NCBI GenBank assembly: GCA_964016885.1
Contig: OZ024756.1
Span: 9,424,001-9,488,000, forward strand
Length of the DNA: 64,000 nt
Source of the DNA: Eledone cirrhosa
Taxonomy: Eukaryota
Reading direction: 5' to 3'
Part shown: positions 1-14,099 of the stretch, one piece after another
How positions within the stretch are numbered: the first letter of the stretch is position 1
Layout: each line of letters opens with the position of its first letter
Notes under the pieces: generated by a model
What the model saw: only the letters and a program-made list of their open reading frames with translations
Database searches by the model: none
Told to the model about the DNA's origin: nothing
Program-made: the position numbers and the translations under genes

Positions 1-11
1 AATATCATTGA

Positions 12-98
<87 letters not shown>

Positions 99-1292
99 TA
101 ATACAATAACAGAGATAGTTTAAAGCTAAACTCTGACTGGTAACCATCTCACTCAACAAACATTAGGTTATATTAAAATATAAACCCAATTTAAGTGTTT
201 GGGGTGCTAACAATATGTATAATGTGGAAAAACCAGTTGTATTATTTTATGAGATATAATTAAAGTTAAAGTATATCTCTCTTTCCAAACAATTGTTTCA
301 TTATAAGTTTTCTACAAGTTTGGGAGAATGTTTCCAGTTTATGTAGAAGCCTAATATATATTCATGTAAGAATATATTTAGGTGGGCACTTATAAATCAT
401 CAGTGGAAGCCCATTAAACATTGATATAAGAAAACAATTTCTTACCGCTGTCAAAAATCATGTCCGTAAAGTTGCTCTCTCTCACCTCGAATGACCGCCA
501 AATTTGAAATTCCAGCAGTTTTTGACTGAGGAAGTATCATAGCGACACGAAGCGGGAAGAGGAGACAACCCACGATCCACGAAATGAGGAAAAAAAATAA
601 TATACACGCGGGTTAATTAGTTTTTTTGAAAACATTATAAATCCAACGTGTTTAAGAACTCAATTGAAAATAAAAAAATAAATATAGGCTTGTATAAATT
701 ACACACGCATATAGATATTTTCTTAGGCTAAATCAGAAGTTGTACCCGAATAAGAACCGCTTCTCATAACCTCAGTAAATGCAGAAAGTTATGCTATAAA
801 GGGCAAATGGGAATATAATTCTCCGGCTGAATTATTAAGAGTAAAATATAAAACACACGCGGGTTAATTAGTTATTCCAAAACCAATATTAATTCCTCGT
901 GTAAAGAACTCAATTAATAAAAGAAAATAAATACATATATGCATGTAATTATATACGTAGGCATATATATAATTTTCCTAGGCTAAAAAACAGAGAAGTT
1001 ACAACCAAAAAAAGCCACAATATTTCACAACAGTAATAAATACGGAAAGTCAAATTCATAAGGTACCTGGAAATAAACACCTCTGGCCAATCAAGAGTAA
1101 ATATTTATATATATATAAGCAAAAGGGATATTCAAATTGTTGGTAATTCAACAAATATAAATGTTTATAACTGGTTAAGAGCACTCGACAGTTTTCTGGA
1201 GTATAATATTCAATGATATTAAATAAATGGAAACTATATTTAGAATAAATATGGTTTTGTAAATATAGTTTCCATTTATTTAATATCATTGA

Positions 1293-1363
<71 letters not shown>

Positions 1364-1842
1364 CAACTAGAAAAGAAATTGATTAACATATAAATAAAGA
1401 TATGAAACAATCACAGGGGATAATTTTTACAAGTGTGTAAACACACACAGCTAGGTAGGTAACTAAATAAAGTTAACTAGAACTTCAAAAATAGATACCT
1501 TATAATATGATTAATCTTCCCTGAATATATTCCATTAAAGAAATATATTTCACCAATTAATCGAATGGTAAACCACGGATGCCGATACTTGGATTTTCAA
1601 CAAGGAAGAAGTCCGGCTGTCTGTGTTTACGCATTAAGTTCAAATCAGCGACTGGCCAGTAACACGTGTTGTATCTACTAAAAATACACACATTATACCA
1701 GCTTCGTCCCAGTTGTTATAAAATGCTCGGACCTATTCATTAGAATCTTGGAGCTTATTTTACGGGTGATATGGCGCATGCTTTGTGGCATGACACCCAT
1801 AATTTTTATTTAGATTAAATTCATTTTGATTTATCTTAATTT

Positions 1843-1880
<38 letters not shown>

Positions 1881-2068
1881 TTATTCCGGTGGCAAACATC
1901 TCAATATGTATGTTGTCTGTGAGTATGTGTACACATCTACACATCTACACATCTACACATCTACATATCTACACATCTACATACCTACTTATAACACATA
2001 TCCAGGGCAATTTACGTTAGTAATTTCTGTTTGTTTTCACTGTGATGATAGACTACGAGAAAACAAAT

Positions 2069-3457
2069 CGGAGCCCGGGTATAATTCGCTTCTATAACCA
2101 CCCAGCCACCAATTCCACGGAGCCCGGGTATAATTCGCTTCTATTACCACCCAGCCACCAATTCCACGGAGCCCGGGTATAATTCGCTTCTATTACCACC
2201 CAGCCACTAATTCCACGGAACCCGGGTATAATTCGCTTCTATAACCACCCAGCCACCAATTCCACGGAGCCCGGGTATAATTCGCTTCTATTACCACCCA
2301 GCCACTAATTCCACGGAACCCGGGTATAATTCGCTTCTATTACCACCCAGCCACTAATTCCACGGAACCCGGGTATAATTCGCTTCTATAACCACCCAGC
2401 CACCAATTTCACGGAACCCGGGTATAATTCGCTTCTATTACCACCCAGCCACTAATTCCACGGAACCCGGGTATAATTCGCTTCTATTACCACCCAGCCA
2501 CCAATTCCACGGAGCCAGGGTATAATTCGCTTCTATTACCACCCAGCCACTAATTCCACGGAACCCGGGTATAATTCGCTTCTATTACCACCCAGCCACT
2601 AATTCCACGGAACCCGGGTATAATTCGCTTCTATTACCACCCAGCCACTAATTCCACGGAACCCGGGTATAATTCGCTTCTATTACCACCCAGCCACCAA
2701 TTCCACGGAGCCCGGGTATAATTCGCTTCTATTACCACCCAGCCACTAATTCCACGGAACCCGGGTATAATTCGCTTCTATTACCACCCAGCCACCAATT
2801 TCACGGAACCCGGGTATAATTCGCTTCTATAACCACCCAGCCACCAATTTCACGGAACCCGGGTATAATTCGCTTCTATTACCACCCAGCCACTAATTCC
2901 ACGGAACCCGGGTATAATTCGCTTCTATTACCACCCAGCCACTAATTCCACGGAACCCGGGTATAATTCGCTTCTATAACCACCCAGCCACCAATTCCAC
3001 GGAGCCCGGGTATAATTCGCTTCTATAACCACCTAGCCCCCAATTCCACGGGCCCGGGTATAATTCGCTTCTATTACCACCCAGCCCCCAATTGCACGGA
3101 GTCCGGGTATAATTCGCTTCTATTACCACCCAGCCACCAATTCCACGGAGCCCGGGTATAATTCGCTTCTATTACCTACTATCCAGCCCCCAATTCCACG
3201 GAGCCCGGGAATAATTCGCTTCTATTACCTACTATCCAGCCCCCAATTCCACGGAGCCCGGGAATAATTCGCTTCTATTACCACCCACCCAGCCACCAAT
3301 TCCACGGAGCCCGGGTATAATTCGCTTCTATAACCACCCAGCCCCCAATTCCACGGAGCCCGGGTATAATTCGCTTCTATTACCACCCACCCAGCCACCA
3401 ATTCCACGGAGCCCGTGTATAATTCGCTTCTATAACCACCCAGCCCCCAATTGCACG
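2069..3457. repeat. 49-bp GC-rich minisatellite, ~28 units
   Basis: Unit GAGCCCGGGTATAATTCGCTTCTATTACCACCCAGCCACCAATTCCACG, period 49 (2071 to 2120). Confidence 0.95.
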
Positions 3458-3720
3458 CTTTGTTCATAGACCCACAAGGCGAGGAGGAAGGAAAATGACC
3501 GACAGATATATGTTAGGAAGACAACAGTTGATATCTGTCATTTGTAATTGCTGCCAGCAGTTTAATACCAACTTCCAATTGCTGCTGTCTATTACCATTT
3601 TAACAAAACTCCTCTAATAGCCTAAAGATGTGCTTAGAAAATTCTAGATTTTCAGACACAGCTTTGATATTGCACTTCATTTCTCTCCGTCTACCTTCTA
3701 AAGTCTTGGGTAGATTTGGG

Positions 3721-3755
<35 letters not shown>

Positions 3756-3880
3756 TAATACATTAAATCTACCCAAGACTTTAGAAGGTAGATGGAGAAA
3801 AATGAAGTGCAATATCAAAGCCGTGTCTGAAAATCTCTATCTCTCTCTCTCTCTAGCTCTTTCTCTCTCTCACTCCCCCC

Positions 3881-3925
<45 letters not shown>

Positions 3926-4245
3926 CGTTATTCCGGGTTCAATCGGGGGTAACCACAGTAAGTAAGGTACTCAATACATTGTAGAGTATAACAGTTTTAA
4001 TATAGATGAGATTATACAGGACTAGAACTGTTTCATTCTTTAGAAATCATCAGGAATCCCTGATGATTTCTAAAGAATGAAACAGTTCTAGTCCTGTAGA
4101 ATCTCATCTCTCTATATATATATTAGCTTCTCGCTAAAACAATTTCTATACCTTTCATTTATATATATAACCAAAAGTTAAACAAGACTGCCAAGACTGG
4201 AATTGAACCATCAGCACAGTTGAGATATGTCATCAATTTATTTTA

Positions 4246-4307
4246 TTTTATCTGATGAGGACGTACTGAGGAAACAGCACGGTACCTCTGAAATATATAT
4301 AATAAAA
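4246..4307 (+). ncRNA. Type-I minimal hammerhead ribozyme motif
   Basis: TTTTAT-CTGATGA-stem II-GAAAT ATAT ATA-ATAAAA; stem I is TTTTAT/ATAAAA. Confidence 0.75.
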
Positions 4308-4351
4308 TATATTTGATCACATGAATGCCTATATTTATTAATATTTTGAAG

Positions 4352-4421
<70 letters not shown>

Positions 4422-4862
4422 GGAGGGAGAGAGTGAGAGAGAGATATATATACACACAAGACAACTAGAATGTCTCATAATGTATACCTATGTGGGTTAA
4501 TTATACATATGTTGAACATACATTTCTAGATAGAGTGTATATACTAGATAGAGTGTATACACTTCATGATATTACAAACATACATATTTACTATCTATCA
4601 AAATGACCATAGTTTGTATTTAGAGATATATAAAGAGAGGTACACATAAACTGTGTGTATATACATATATAAACTGTGTATATATATATATATATTATAA
4701 AATTAGTCCCTCATCAGTGATTTGCCAACCATCATTGGTATTTCATCGCATTTGATTTTTAATGCGATGAAATACCAATGATGGTTGGCAAATCACTGAT
4801 AAGGGACTAATTTTATAATATGTAATCCATGTGCAACCATGCAGTATTCTTCTCCCCTTGTT

Positions 4863-4897
<35 letters not shown>

Positions 4898-4900
<3 letters not shown>

Positions 4901-6066
4901 CGGCTTCAGAGAGGGAAGATCAACCACCAGTCACATCCTGATGCTGAGGAGGATATTAGAGGGAGCTAGAGCAACGTGCCTTCCTGAGGTCATGGTTTTC
5001 ATTGACTTTAGGAAGGCCTTTGATTATGTGGACCGTCACTGTCTGATGAAGATCTTACAAGCTTATGGAACCCCCAAGAAGAAAGTGGACCTGATATCAC
5101 TGCTCTACACCAACACCAAAGCTCAAGTCATTACACTTGATGGGATGACAGAGTTCTTTGAGATACTGGCTGGAGTGCTCCAGGGAGATACATTGGCTCC
5201 CCACCTTTTTATCACCGTAGTGGAATATTGTATGCGCCTTGCACTGGAGAAACACCAGAACTCTGGCTTTACTGTAGCACCGGCTCAGTGCAGGAGAGTT
5301 AAGACGAAAAAGATTTCGGATGCTGAATTTGCCGACGACATAGCTTTGGTGACAAATAAAGTGAAGGAGGCAGAGGATTTGATGCAGGAGGCTGAGACTG
5401 TGTCGATGAGTGTGGGGCTGAGAATGAATGAGACTAAAACAAAATCTGGTAGAGAATGTTGAGAAGCCAGAGGGAATCACTAATGTAGGCGGGAAGCCGC
5501 TAGAATTAGTTGAGGAATTCCTGTATTTGGGAGCAAAGATTGGGAATACGGAAGATGATGTGGTTGACAGGAAGAGCAAAGCCTGGGCGGCGTGCCACAG
5601 CTTGAGATCGGTGTGGAAGTCGGACCTTCGTATAGACCCGAAAATCCGCCTCTTCTGTGCTGCTGTACGGGTCTGAGACTTGGACACTGACCAAGAAACT
5701 CACTCAGATGGTGGATGGGTGCTACACGAGAATGCTGAGGATGGCTCTGAAATTAATCAGTATACACTGAGGATGAAAAACTCAGAGCTGTATGGGAGCC
5801 TCCCAAAAGTCAGCTCAAAAGTGACACAGAGGAGACTGAGGTTAGCTGGACATGCTCACCGACATCCAGAGTTGACATTTCACTCAGTGCTCCTGTGGGA
5901 GCCCCAACATGGACACACCGGAAGAGGAAGACCAAGGTTAACGTATGTTGATGCCCTAAGGACAGACACTGGTCTGTTGGAGACGCAGGACATGGCAGCG
6001 ATAATGAGGGACAGAGACCGCTGGAGAGAACTCGTCCATGGATCTCGGGAATTTTACCCGCCCTAG
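4898..6066 (+). mobile_element. 5'-truncated RTE/RTEX-type LINE (RT pseudogene) inserted in (TA)n
   Basis: NGFREGRSTT, FIDFRKAFD, GVLQGDTLAP, FADD, FLYLG, RRLRLAGH, GRGRPRLTY, DRDRWR; frameshifted. Confidence 0.92.
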
Positions 6067-6231
6067 AATATATATATATGTATATATAACCAAAGATTAA
6101 TATGGTTCATTGATTACTCAATGAATATAGTTTTACAATAGACTAAAAGCACTCTACAGTGAAGTTTTCTGGAGTTTTAATATTATTCAAAATATTAATA
6201 AATGAAGACATTCACATAATCAAAATATATG

Positions 6232-6293
6232 TTTTATTATATATATTTCGAAGGTACTGTGCTGTATTTTCAGTACGTCCTCATCAGATAAAA
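6232..6293 (-). ncRNA. Hammerhead ribozyme motif (left arm of palindrome)
   Basis: Minus strand: TTTTAT CTGATGA GGACGTACTG..AGTACCTTC GAAAT ATAT ATA ATAAAA. Confidence 0.75.
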
Positions 6294-6434
6294 TACATGA
6301 ATTGATGTATGACATGTAATACACGAATTGATGTATGACATACCTCAACGGTCTTGATGGTTCAATTCCAGTATTGCCAATACTGGAATTGAACCATCAA
6401 GACCGTTGAGGTATGTCATATATCAATTCATGTA

Positions 6435-6496
6435 TTTTATCTGACGAGGACGTACTGAAAAAACAGCGTAGTACCTTCGAAATATATATAATAAAA
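6435..6496 (+). ncRNA. Hammerhead ribozyme motif (right arm of palindrome)
   Basis: TTTTAT CTGACGA GGACGTACTG..AGTACCTTC GAAAT ATAT ATA ATAAAA. Confidence 0.75.
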
Positions 6497-6546
6497 CATA
6501 TATTTTGATTATGTGAATGTCTTCATTTATTAATATTTTGAATAAT

Positions 6547-6604
<58 letters not shown>

Positions 6605-6868
6605 GTGGGAAAGTAAAAAATCGGAGAATATACCGTTAAAACATGTTTATTTAAAACAGCACCTAAGTACGTTTCGCCCAGTTGGGCTTCTCAAGGGCAT
6701 AAATAATCACAAGTGTTCCTTATATTGCTCGGAAAGAGTTTTTGGGGTTACCTCCCTTGACCTGCTGCACAATCAAAACAAGATATTTTTGCGAGCAATG
6801 AACCTTGATGTGGATTTAACCCCCAAAACTCTTTCCGAGCAATATAAGGAACACTTGTGATTATTTAT

Positions 6869-6906
6869 GCCCTTGAGAAGCCCAACTGGGCGAAACGTAC
6901 GTAGGT
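6869..6906 (+). ncRNA. Variant-core hammerhead motif
   Basis: GCC CTTGAGAA GCCC-AACT-GGGC GAAAC GTAC GTA GGT. Confidence 0.55.
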
Positions 6907-7123
6907 GGTGTTTTAAATAAACATGTTTTAACGGTCTATTCTCCGATTTTTTACTTTCCCACGTGCTTACGCTCTGCTAACTCTCTAGCCCACTAAATAT
7001 TAACACTTCGAATATTTAATACTGCCGGTACTAGTATCGAGCACCTTTGGCATACGCTACTTGGCAAATAACTATATGTATCACCTATCCTCCCCTTTTT
7101 TTCTCTTTCTCGATACGTAAATA

Positions 7124-7167
<44 letters not shown>

Positions 7168-8284
7168 AGGTGCAATATTGGTTGTATAAAATGGTCCAAT
7201 AACTTTATGTTAGCAATATTAAGTTCTCCACGCTTTTGTATATCTCCAATTCCATTCAAGGGAACAGCTAGATGATGTAAAACGGAGTATAAGTATCAAA
7301 ATGAAAATCCGAAAGCAAGGTAAAATTCCAATCATTTAATCACGACACATGTTTCAATAAGGGATAGATCGATTGTGAATCCATGATCGATTATCACTGA
7401 TCTCATCAGATGAAAATGAATTGTCTTCAAATTCTTGATATGAGGGAGAAAAAATAACGATGTTCTCTCACATAATTCATTCCTCCATATGGAGACACAC
7501 CAGCCAGTCAGAGACATGGCGACTGCTATTAGCTTCAGTTGAGGTCATAAAAGTTTTCAGATTTCTATCCCTGCAAAAGGCGCTGGACATCAATCAAATC
7601 TGTAGGGATACAGTCAGTCACAGTTAATGTGAGTGGGTACTCACACACTCCACACGCACATACACCGGCTCGAGGTCAAAGAAAAATATATACATATATA
7701 TACACACATCAACACAGTATTAAACCCGTAGAGTTAGCGTGGGTGGGTACACACACACTTTCACACACACACTTGCTCTTCACATGGATGTGTATATACC
7801 CGGACAGACCCTTTCTTGGACGATTCGGATGGGATGTGTATATACCATAACATACACTTAAAGATATGGATGTTACAATTCGATCTATGCACGTATAGCA
7901 GAACACTGAACTGAACTTACTTGCGTGTGTGTGTGTGTGTGTGTGTGGGGCGTTGGTTAACCCAATATTTCCAATTTACATCGTCAAATTGAGATTTGAC
8001 CAATACAGCTTCTGTTGCTTTGTGAACTAACTTTCGCTGAGTGCTGTGTTGGTACATTCTTATATTTGTTTTTTCTCGGACATCGCTTCGGTGTGTATGA
8101 AAGTGTGTGTGTAGCCACCCATCACATATATATATATATATACATGTATATATAAATATATAGATATACATACATGTATACATATATACTTGTATATTTG
8201 TGTGTGTGTGCGTGTATGTATATGTGTGAATGTGTGTGTATGTATGTTTGTATATATTTAAACATATAAACACACACATCAGAT

Positions 8285-8316
<32 letters not shown>

Positions 8317-8586
8317 ATATAAATATATAGATATACATACATGTATACATATATACTTGTATATTTGTGTGTGTGTGCGTGTGTGTGTATATGTGTGAAT
8401 GTGTGTGTATGTATGCTTGTATACATTTAAACATATCCACACATACGCACACATATATAAACGCGGGTCCACTAATATTTATGTATATTATAATTGTACA
8501 TATATTATACCATACACACATTTGCCTCTGTGTGTGTCTATGTGCCTATGAGTTAATATGTGTGTGTGCGTGTGCGTGTGTGCATA

Positions 8587-8639
<53 letters not shown>

Positions 8640-8644
8640 TATAT

Positions 8645-8830
8645 AATTGTTTCTACTTTAGGCACAAGGCCAGCAAATTACCCAGTGCATTACTGGTACT
8701 TTATTTTATCGACCCCGTAAGGATGAAAGGCAAAGTCAACCTCGGCGGGATTTGAACTCAGATCATAAAGGGACGTAACTATGCTGGAAAGCATGGCGTC
8801 CGACCCTCTACCGATACTGCCAATCCACCA
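8645..8830 (-). mobile_element. Deu/Nin-type SINE
   Basis: Reverse complement closely matches 45933-46120. Confidence 0.85.
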
Positions 8831-8961
8831 CCCTGCAACATCGTCAGTGGTGTTATATTCATTGTTCCTCCTGTTGTGTTGTATGTCTACGCCATTTTTT
8901 TTTTTTGTTCAGTCTGTCTATATATTTATTTAAAAAACCTCGCAAAACTAATTCATCGCCG

Positions 8962-9043
<82 letters not shown>

Positions 9044-9069
9044 CAGTCCTATGCGAGCAAGACAACCAC

Positions 9070-9160
9070 TCTTGCCTCAAGTGGGAAAACTCCCGTCCAA
9101 ACCCATGCAAGCGTGGAATATGGACGTTAAACGATGATGATGATGATGATGATGATCATG
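9070..9160 (+). mobile_element. SINE/LINE 3' tail with (GAT)n
   Basis: CCGTCCAAACCCATGCAAGCGTGGAATATGGACGTTAAACGATGATGAT. Confidence 0.55.
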
Positions 9161-9268
9161 ATATATATATATATAATATATATATATTATATATATCTAT
9201 TATATATATATATAATAGAGCACTCTTCATTTCTATGACCTTTTCTGTTTCTCACTGAAATTTCAATA

Positions 9269-9355
<87 letters not shown>

Positions 9356-9786
9356 TATATATATATTATATATATCTATTATATATATATATATATATAT
9401 GTATTATCTCTCTCTCTCTCTATATATATTATATTACATATATATATACATATATACATATAAACATATATCTCTCTCTCACTATATATATATATATATG
9501 TGTGTGTATGTGTGTGTATGTATACGCGTGCTATTGCCAACCAGTATTTGAATAAGGTACATCTTGTTAAACATGACAGTTTTCATAAAACTTGATGTAG
9601 ACTTTCTCAGGAAGCCATGTTAAATCTTCAGTTTGATGTTTGGAGATGAAACGTTGGACATTAGACATAATTTTAGATTTCAATGGAACATTGCTAAAGG
9701 TTTCAGGATATTTAATTGATCTCGGCCGAATATAAATACACCTATATACAACAAACACCTTATAACTATAGAAATACACACACAAG

Positions 9787-9903
<117 letters not shown>

Positions 9904-10022
9904 TTAGTATATCTACCAACATATGTATACAGATGTATACCCATGCTAGCAAATATATATGTTATGTCTTAGTACCTTTGTGGTTCTATGCAGGGGGATG
10001 CAGAACAATTATATGAAAGACG

Positions 10023-10059
<37 letters not shown>

Positions 10060-10314
10060 TATATATATATGTATATATATACATATATATATAATTTATA
10101 TATATATAGGTTTTTATATATATATATATATAGGTTTATATATTTATGTGTGTGTGTATATATATAAATTTATATATATATATAAACATACACACACATG
10201 TATATATATATATTCATATAAATTATATATATATATATATGTACAACCACATAAATATATGGACCTATATATATGTATAAGCCTATATATATATAAATTA
10301 TATATATATATATA

Positions 10315-10373
<59 letters not shown>

Positions 10374-10505
10374 CTGTATGTATTAGAGAGAAAAATAAAT
10401 GTATAGATATTTCGTAGATATAACGAAACTATTTTTCATGAAAGAATTTAACATAGTGTTAAATGAAATATATAAACTACTAGAATTTCAAATTGACAAT
10501 TTATA

Positions 10506-10549
<44 letters not shown>

Positions 10550-10591
10550 AATGTAAGTGTATATATATATTAATATATATAAATGTAAGTG

Positions 10592-10627
<36 letters not shown>

Positions 10628-10957
10628 GTATATATATATATATATATATTATATATATGTATGGTTTAGACGTAATGACTCATTGGAAATATATCAAAGA
10701 ATATACATTAAAATAAACCTTTTTTTCTATGTTCTGTCCATCTTGCTGATGTAAATATATAAAATTATATTTACACCTCGTAACATCTCACAAAACCAGA
10801 GGAAAAACACAAATTCCACCTCGAACGCGAGACCGGTGTAATTGAAAAACATTAACCGGTGTATATTATGAAAGGTCGGAATTTATATGCATTAAAATAA
10901 CAAGATTTTGTATACGTATATAAAGAATACACCATGACCATGTATAAAAAATATAAG

Positions 10958-11493
10958 TTGAAGTATCTCGGGGCCGTGATAGAAGGCAGGAGGCTGAATT
11001 AAATGCAAGAATTGCAAAAGCTGGTCCAGTCATGCGCCATCTTCAGCATTCAGTAATCAGAAGAAGGGAAATAGGCGTAAAAGACAAACTCTCTCTCTTC
11101 AATTTGTTATTCGTGCCAACTCTTACCTAAATAATACGATCGCGAATACAAGCAGCCGAAATGGGATTCCTCCGAAAGGTCTTTGGAGTAGCGTTACTCA
11201 ATAAATTGCGTAGCTCGGAGATCAGAGCGTCACCCCAGCTAGAGTCTCTACTTCTCCGAATTGAGAGATCACAGATCCGATACTATCGGCATGTGATTAG
11301 AATGTCTTAGGAAAAATTCGCTGGAGAGATTTTACGAGCAAAACCAACCGGTAGGAGAACCAGGGGTAGGGTAAGATCCATGAGCTTGGCTGGTATCGCC
11401 TGGTGATCTAGCTGGATCAGTTGGAGACGGTTGCTTCTGACAGGACCCGCTGGAAGGAATGTTTGAGAACTCTTCTCCCACGACCCTCTCAGG
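10958..11493 (+). mobile_element. RTE-clade (Expander/Rex3-like) 3' fragment
   Basis: KYLG..ARIAKAG..KLSLF..FVPTLT..RSRIQAAEMGFLRKV; homologous to 22665-23105. Confidence 0.8.
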
Positions 11494-11870
11494 AGTGCAT
11501 TCATCTCTCCAGATCTGTCTGTCGTGCCATCCACCTCATACAAAACGCAACATCCCATACTGCCTAGCCAGAAGAATTTGTACCATTGTAGAAGATACGA
11601 ATACCAGGTACAAACGCCTAACAGAACTAAGAGAATTTTTGCTCAGACAAAAATACCCATCTCTACTTATAGAAAATGGCATATAGCGGGCTATGAAAAT
11701 ACCTATACAACAACTTAGAACAACCCAAGGAAGAAGAAACCAAGAACTGGTCATACCATTTATAATGACACACAACCCATGTCACCAGAATATCTTCAAC
11801 ACTGCCAAAGCAAACCTATCGATCATTGCTCAAAGTAGTGAATTAAAAGGCTTAATCACAGATCGATCTT
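11494..11870 (+). mobile_element. Penelope-like (Neptune-type) RT-thumb/linker fragment
   Basis: SCHPPHTKRNIPYCLARRICTIV..KRLTELREFL..KYP..VIPFIMTHNP, with an internal stop. Confidence 0.8.
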
Positions 11871-12122
11871 TGACTCTTTAACAGTTGATAGATGTGAATC
11901 CGAAATATATAGGGACGATTAAATCTCTCCCAAGGTAACTCCCTCTCGTGTTGTTATTTTTATTTTATCCTTTATACTTTTTCCTTCATTCTTCTACACA
12001 TCTTATACACACCACGCATCTTAACGTACACCCACTTACATCTCTCTCTCCACCACCGGATCTTGTTACCCGGAGATTTACCCATTTGCATTGTCGAGGC
12101 TTCCAAACGACTTAAAGATATT

Positions 12123-12234
<112 letters not shown>

Positions 12235-12244
12235 AATGTGTCTG

Positions 12245-12810
12245 TTGACACCTGGAATATAGCTTAAGTGAAACATGACAATAATGATATGATAGGCACC
12301 CAATATTTGAACTGGTTTATAGAATTCTCTTGGCCTTTGTCACTCTAAGTAGAGCTTTAAATAATTAGCTTTTAAAGAATTTCCCTTTTCTTTAAATCCA
12401 TCAACCATGACCGACCCCCAACCATCTTATAGACACCTGAAATATAGGCATTGTTAGCTTAAGAGAAACTTAAAAATAAGGAGTGGCACCCCAATCTGAA
12501 CTTGTTTATAGAATTCTTTCTGCCTTTGTCACTCTAAATATAAATTATAGCCTTAAAGAATTAACTTTTAACGAATTCCTTTTCTTTTAACCAATGACCT
12601 CCACCCATCCCACTCCCCACCCTCTCCTACCACCCGAAAAGATATAAATACCACAACATTTATTTTGGAAAGCCAGATTCCTGATGATTTCTAAAGAATG
12701 AAACAGTTCTAGTCCTGTAGAATCTCATCTATATTAAAACTTTTATACTCTGCTATGTATTGAGTACCTTACTTACTGTGGTTACCTCCGATTCAACCCG
12801 GAATAACCTA

Positions 12811-12812
<2 letters not shown>
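12245..12812 (+). mobile_element. Penelope-like 3'UTR/terminus with a hammerhead; family shared with 3927-4109 and 27668-28070
   Basis: Shared terminus GTATTGAGTAC..TTACTGTGGTTAC..CCGATT(C/G)AACCCGG(A/G)ATAA next to (TA)n. Confidence 0.7.
12675..12725 (+). ncRNA. Type-I hammerhead ribozyme motif with a full stem III
   Basis: AGATTC CTGATGA T-TTCT-AA-AGAA-T GAAACAG TTCTAGTC CTGTA GAATCT. Confidence 0.8.
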
Positions 12813-12880
<68 letters not shown>

Positions 12881-13205
12881 TAAAGTGGTCCTTCATCAGT
12901 GATCTTCCAACCATCATCGGTAATACTCCGCTTTAAAGACCATATACCTCCGGTTGGTGCGAGCAACGGCTAAAAAAAGTCGTTGGGACACGTAAATAAA
13001 GGGAACAGCGAGAGTGTAAACAAACAAAAATGGTGAAGCAACGAAAAGTGAGGAAGAACGAGTCAAGTCCCAAATTTCCATGAATATAAGTTCGGTGAAA
13101 TCGTGAACGAGAGAGAATAAAGACCATCAAACCTGGTTGGAAAGTGAGCAAGGAAGAAATTCCGTACAGGTCTAACGGGAGGAAGAAGGAATCTAGTCTG
13201 TGAAT

Positions 13206-13376
<171 letters not shown>

Positions 13377-13882
13377 TTAATAATATCGATAATGAAACCA
13401 AGAAGGATTCCGACGTCTGAGAGATGAGAATTTCAAGTAGAAAGGAAAACTATCGGAGATTTGTTCACTTGAAACGAAATTCCAGTGTCTACCGGGACTG
13501 AGATATGTAGACCAGTTTTTGCTGTTTAGAATTGACAGTCTTTTGTCGCGACAACCATAATCCTGTCGTGTAAACATTATGACATCTCACCCTATTGGTT
13601 CGTTTAATCGATCAATCGGCAACGTTCGAGATATAATGATATTTCGTCCTATTGATTAGTCTAATCGATCAGTCAGGAGCACTAGAGATATTCCAGACAC
13701 GTAATGCTACTATTGGCTCTTGTATAACAAACATCCTTATACCTATATTTATATATATATACACACATACATATGTATGTGTGTGTGTATATACATATAT
13801 GTATGTGTGTGTGTGTGTGTGTACACACATACATATGTATGTGTCTTGGTATATATATATATATATATACATACATATATAT

Positions 13883-13972
<90 letters not shown>

Positions 13973-14099
13973 GACTTACTTACTAAAATTTCACTCCAAC
14001 TAATTAGTTTCTGTAAGGGGATAAATATGGTTACGGAGCGTATCCATAGAGAAGCCTTACGTCATCAGGGAGTCTTTTTAAGTGTTTTTACGGAGGTAC

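Noticed and set aside
2069-3457. CRISPR-like array (also 17025, 20450, 42656, 46667)
   Set aside because: Head-to-tail tandem units without unique spacers, no cas genes, eukaryotic context.
3460-3625. Coding-looking flank of the 49-bp repeat
   Set aside because: Only short open frames with no recognisable family.
7165-7620. Possible host exon on the minus strand
   Set aside because: Acceptor-like sites exist, but all frames stop and no protein motif was recognised.
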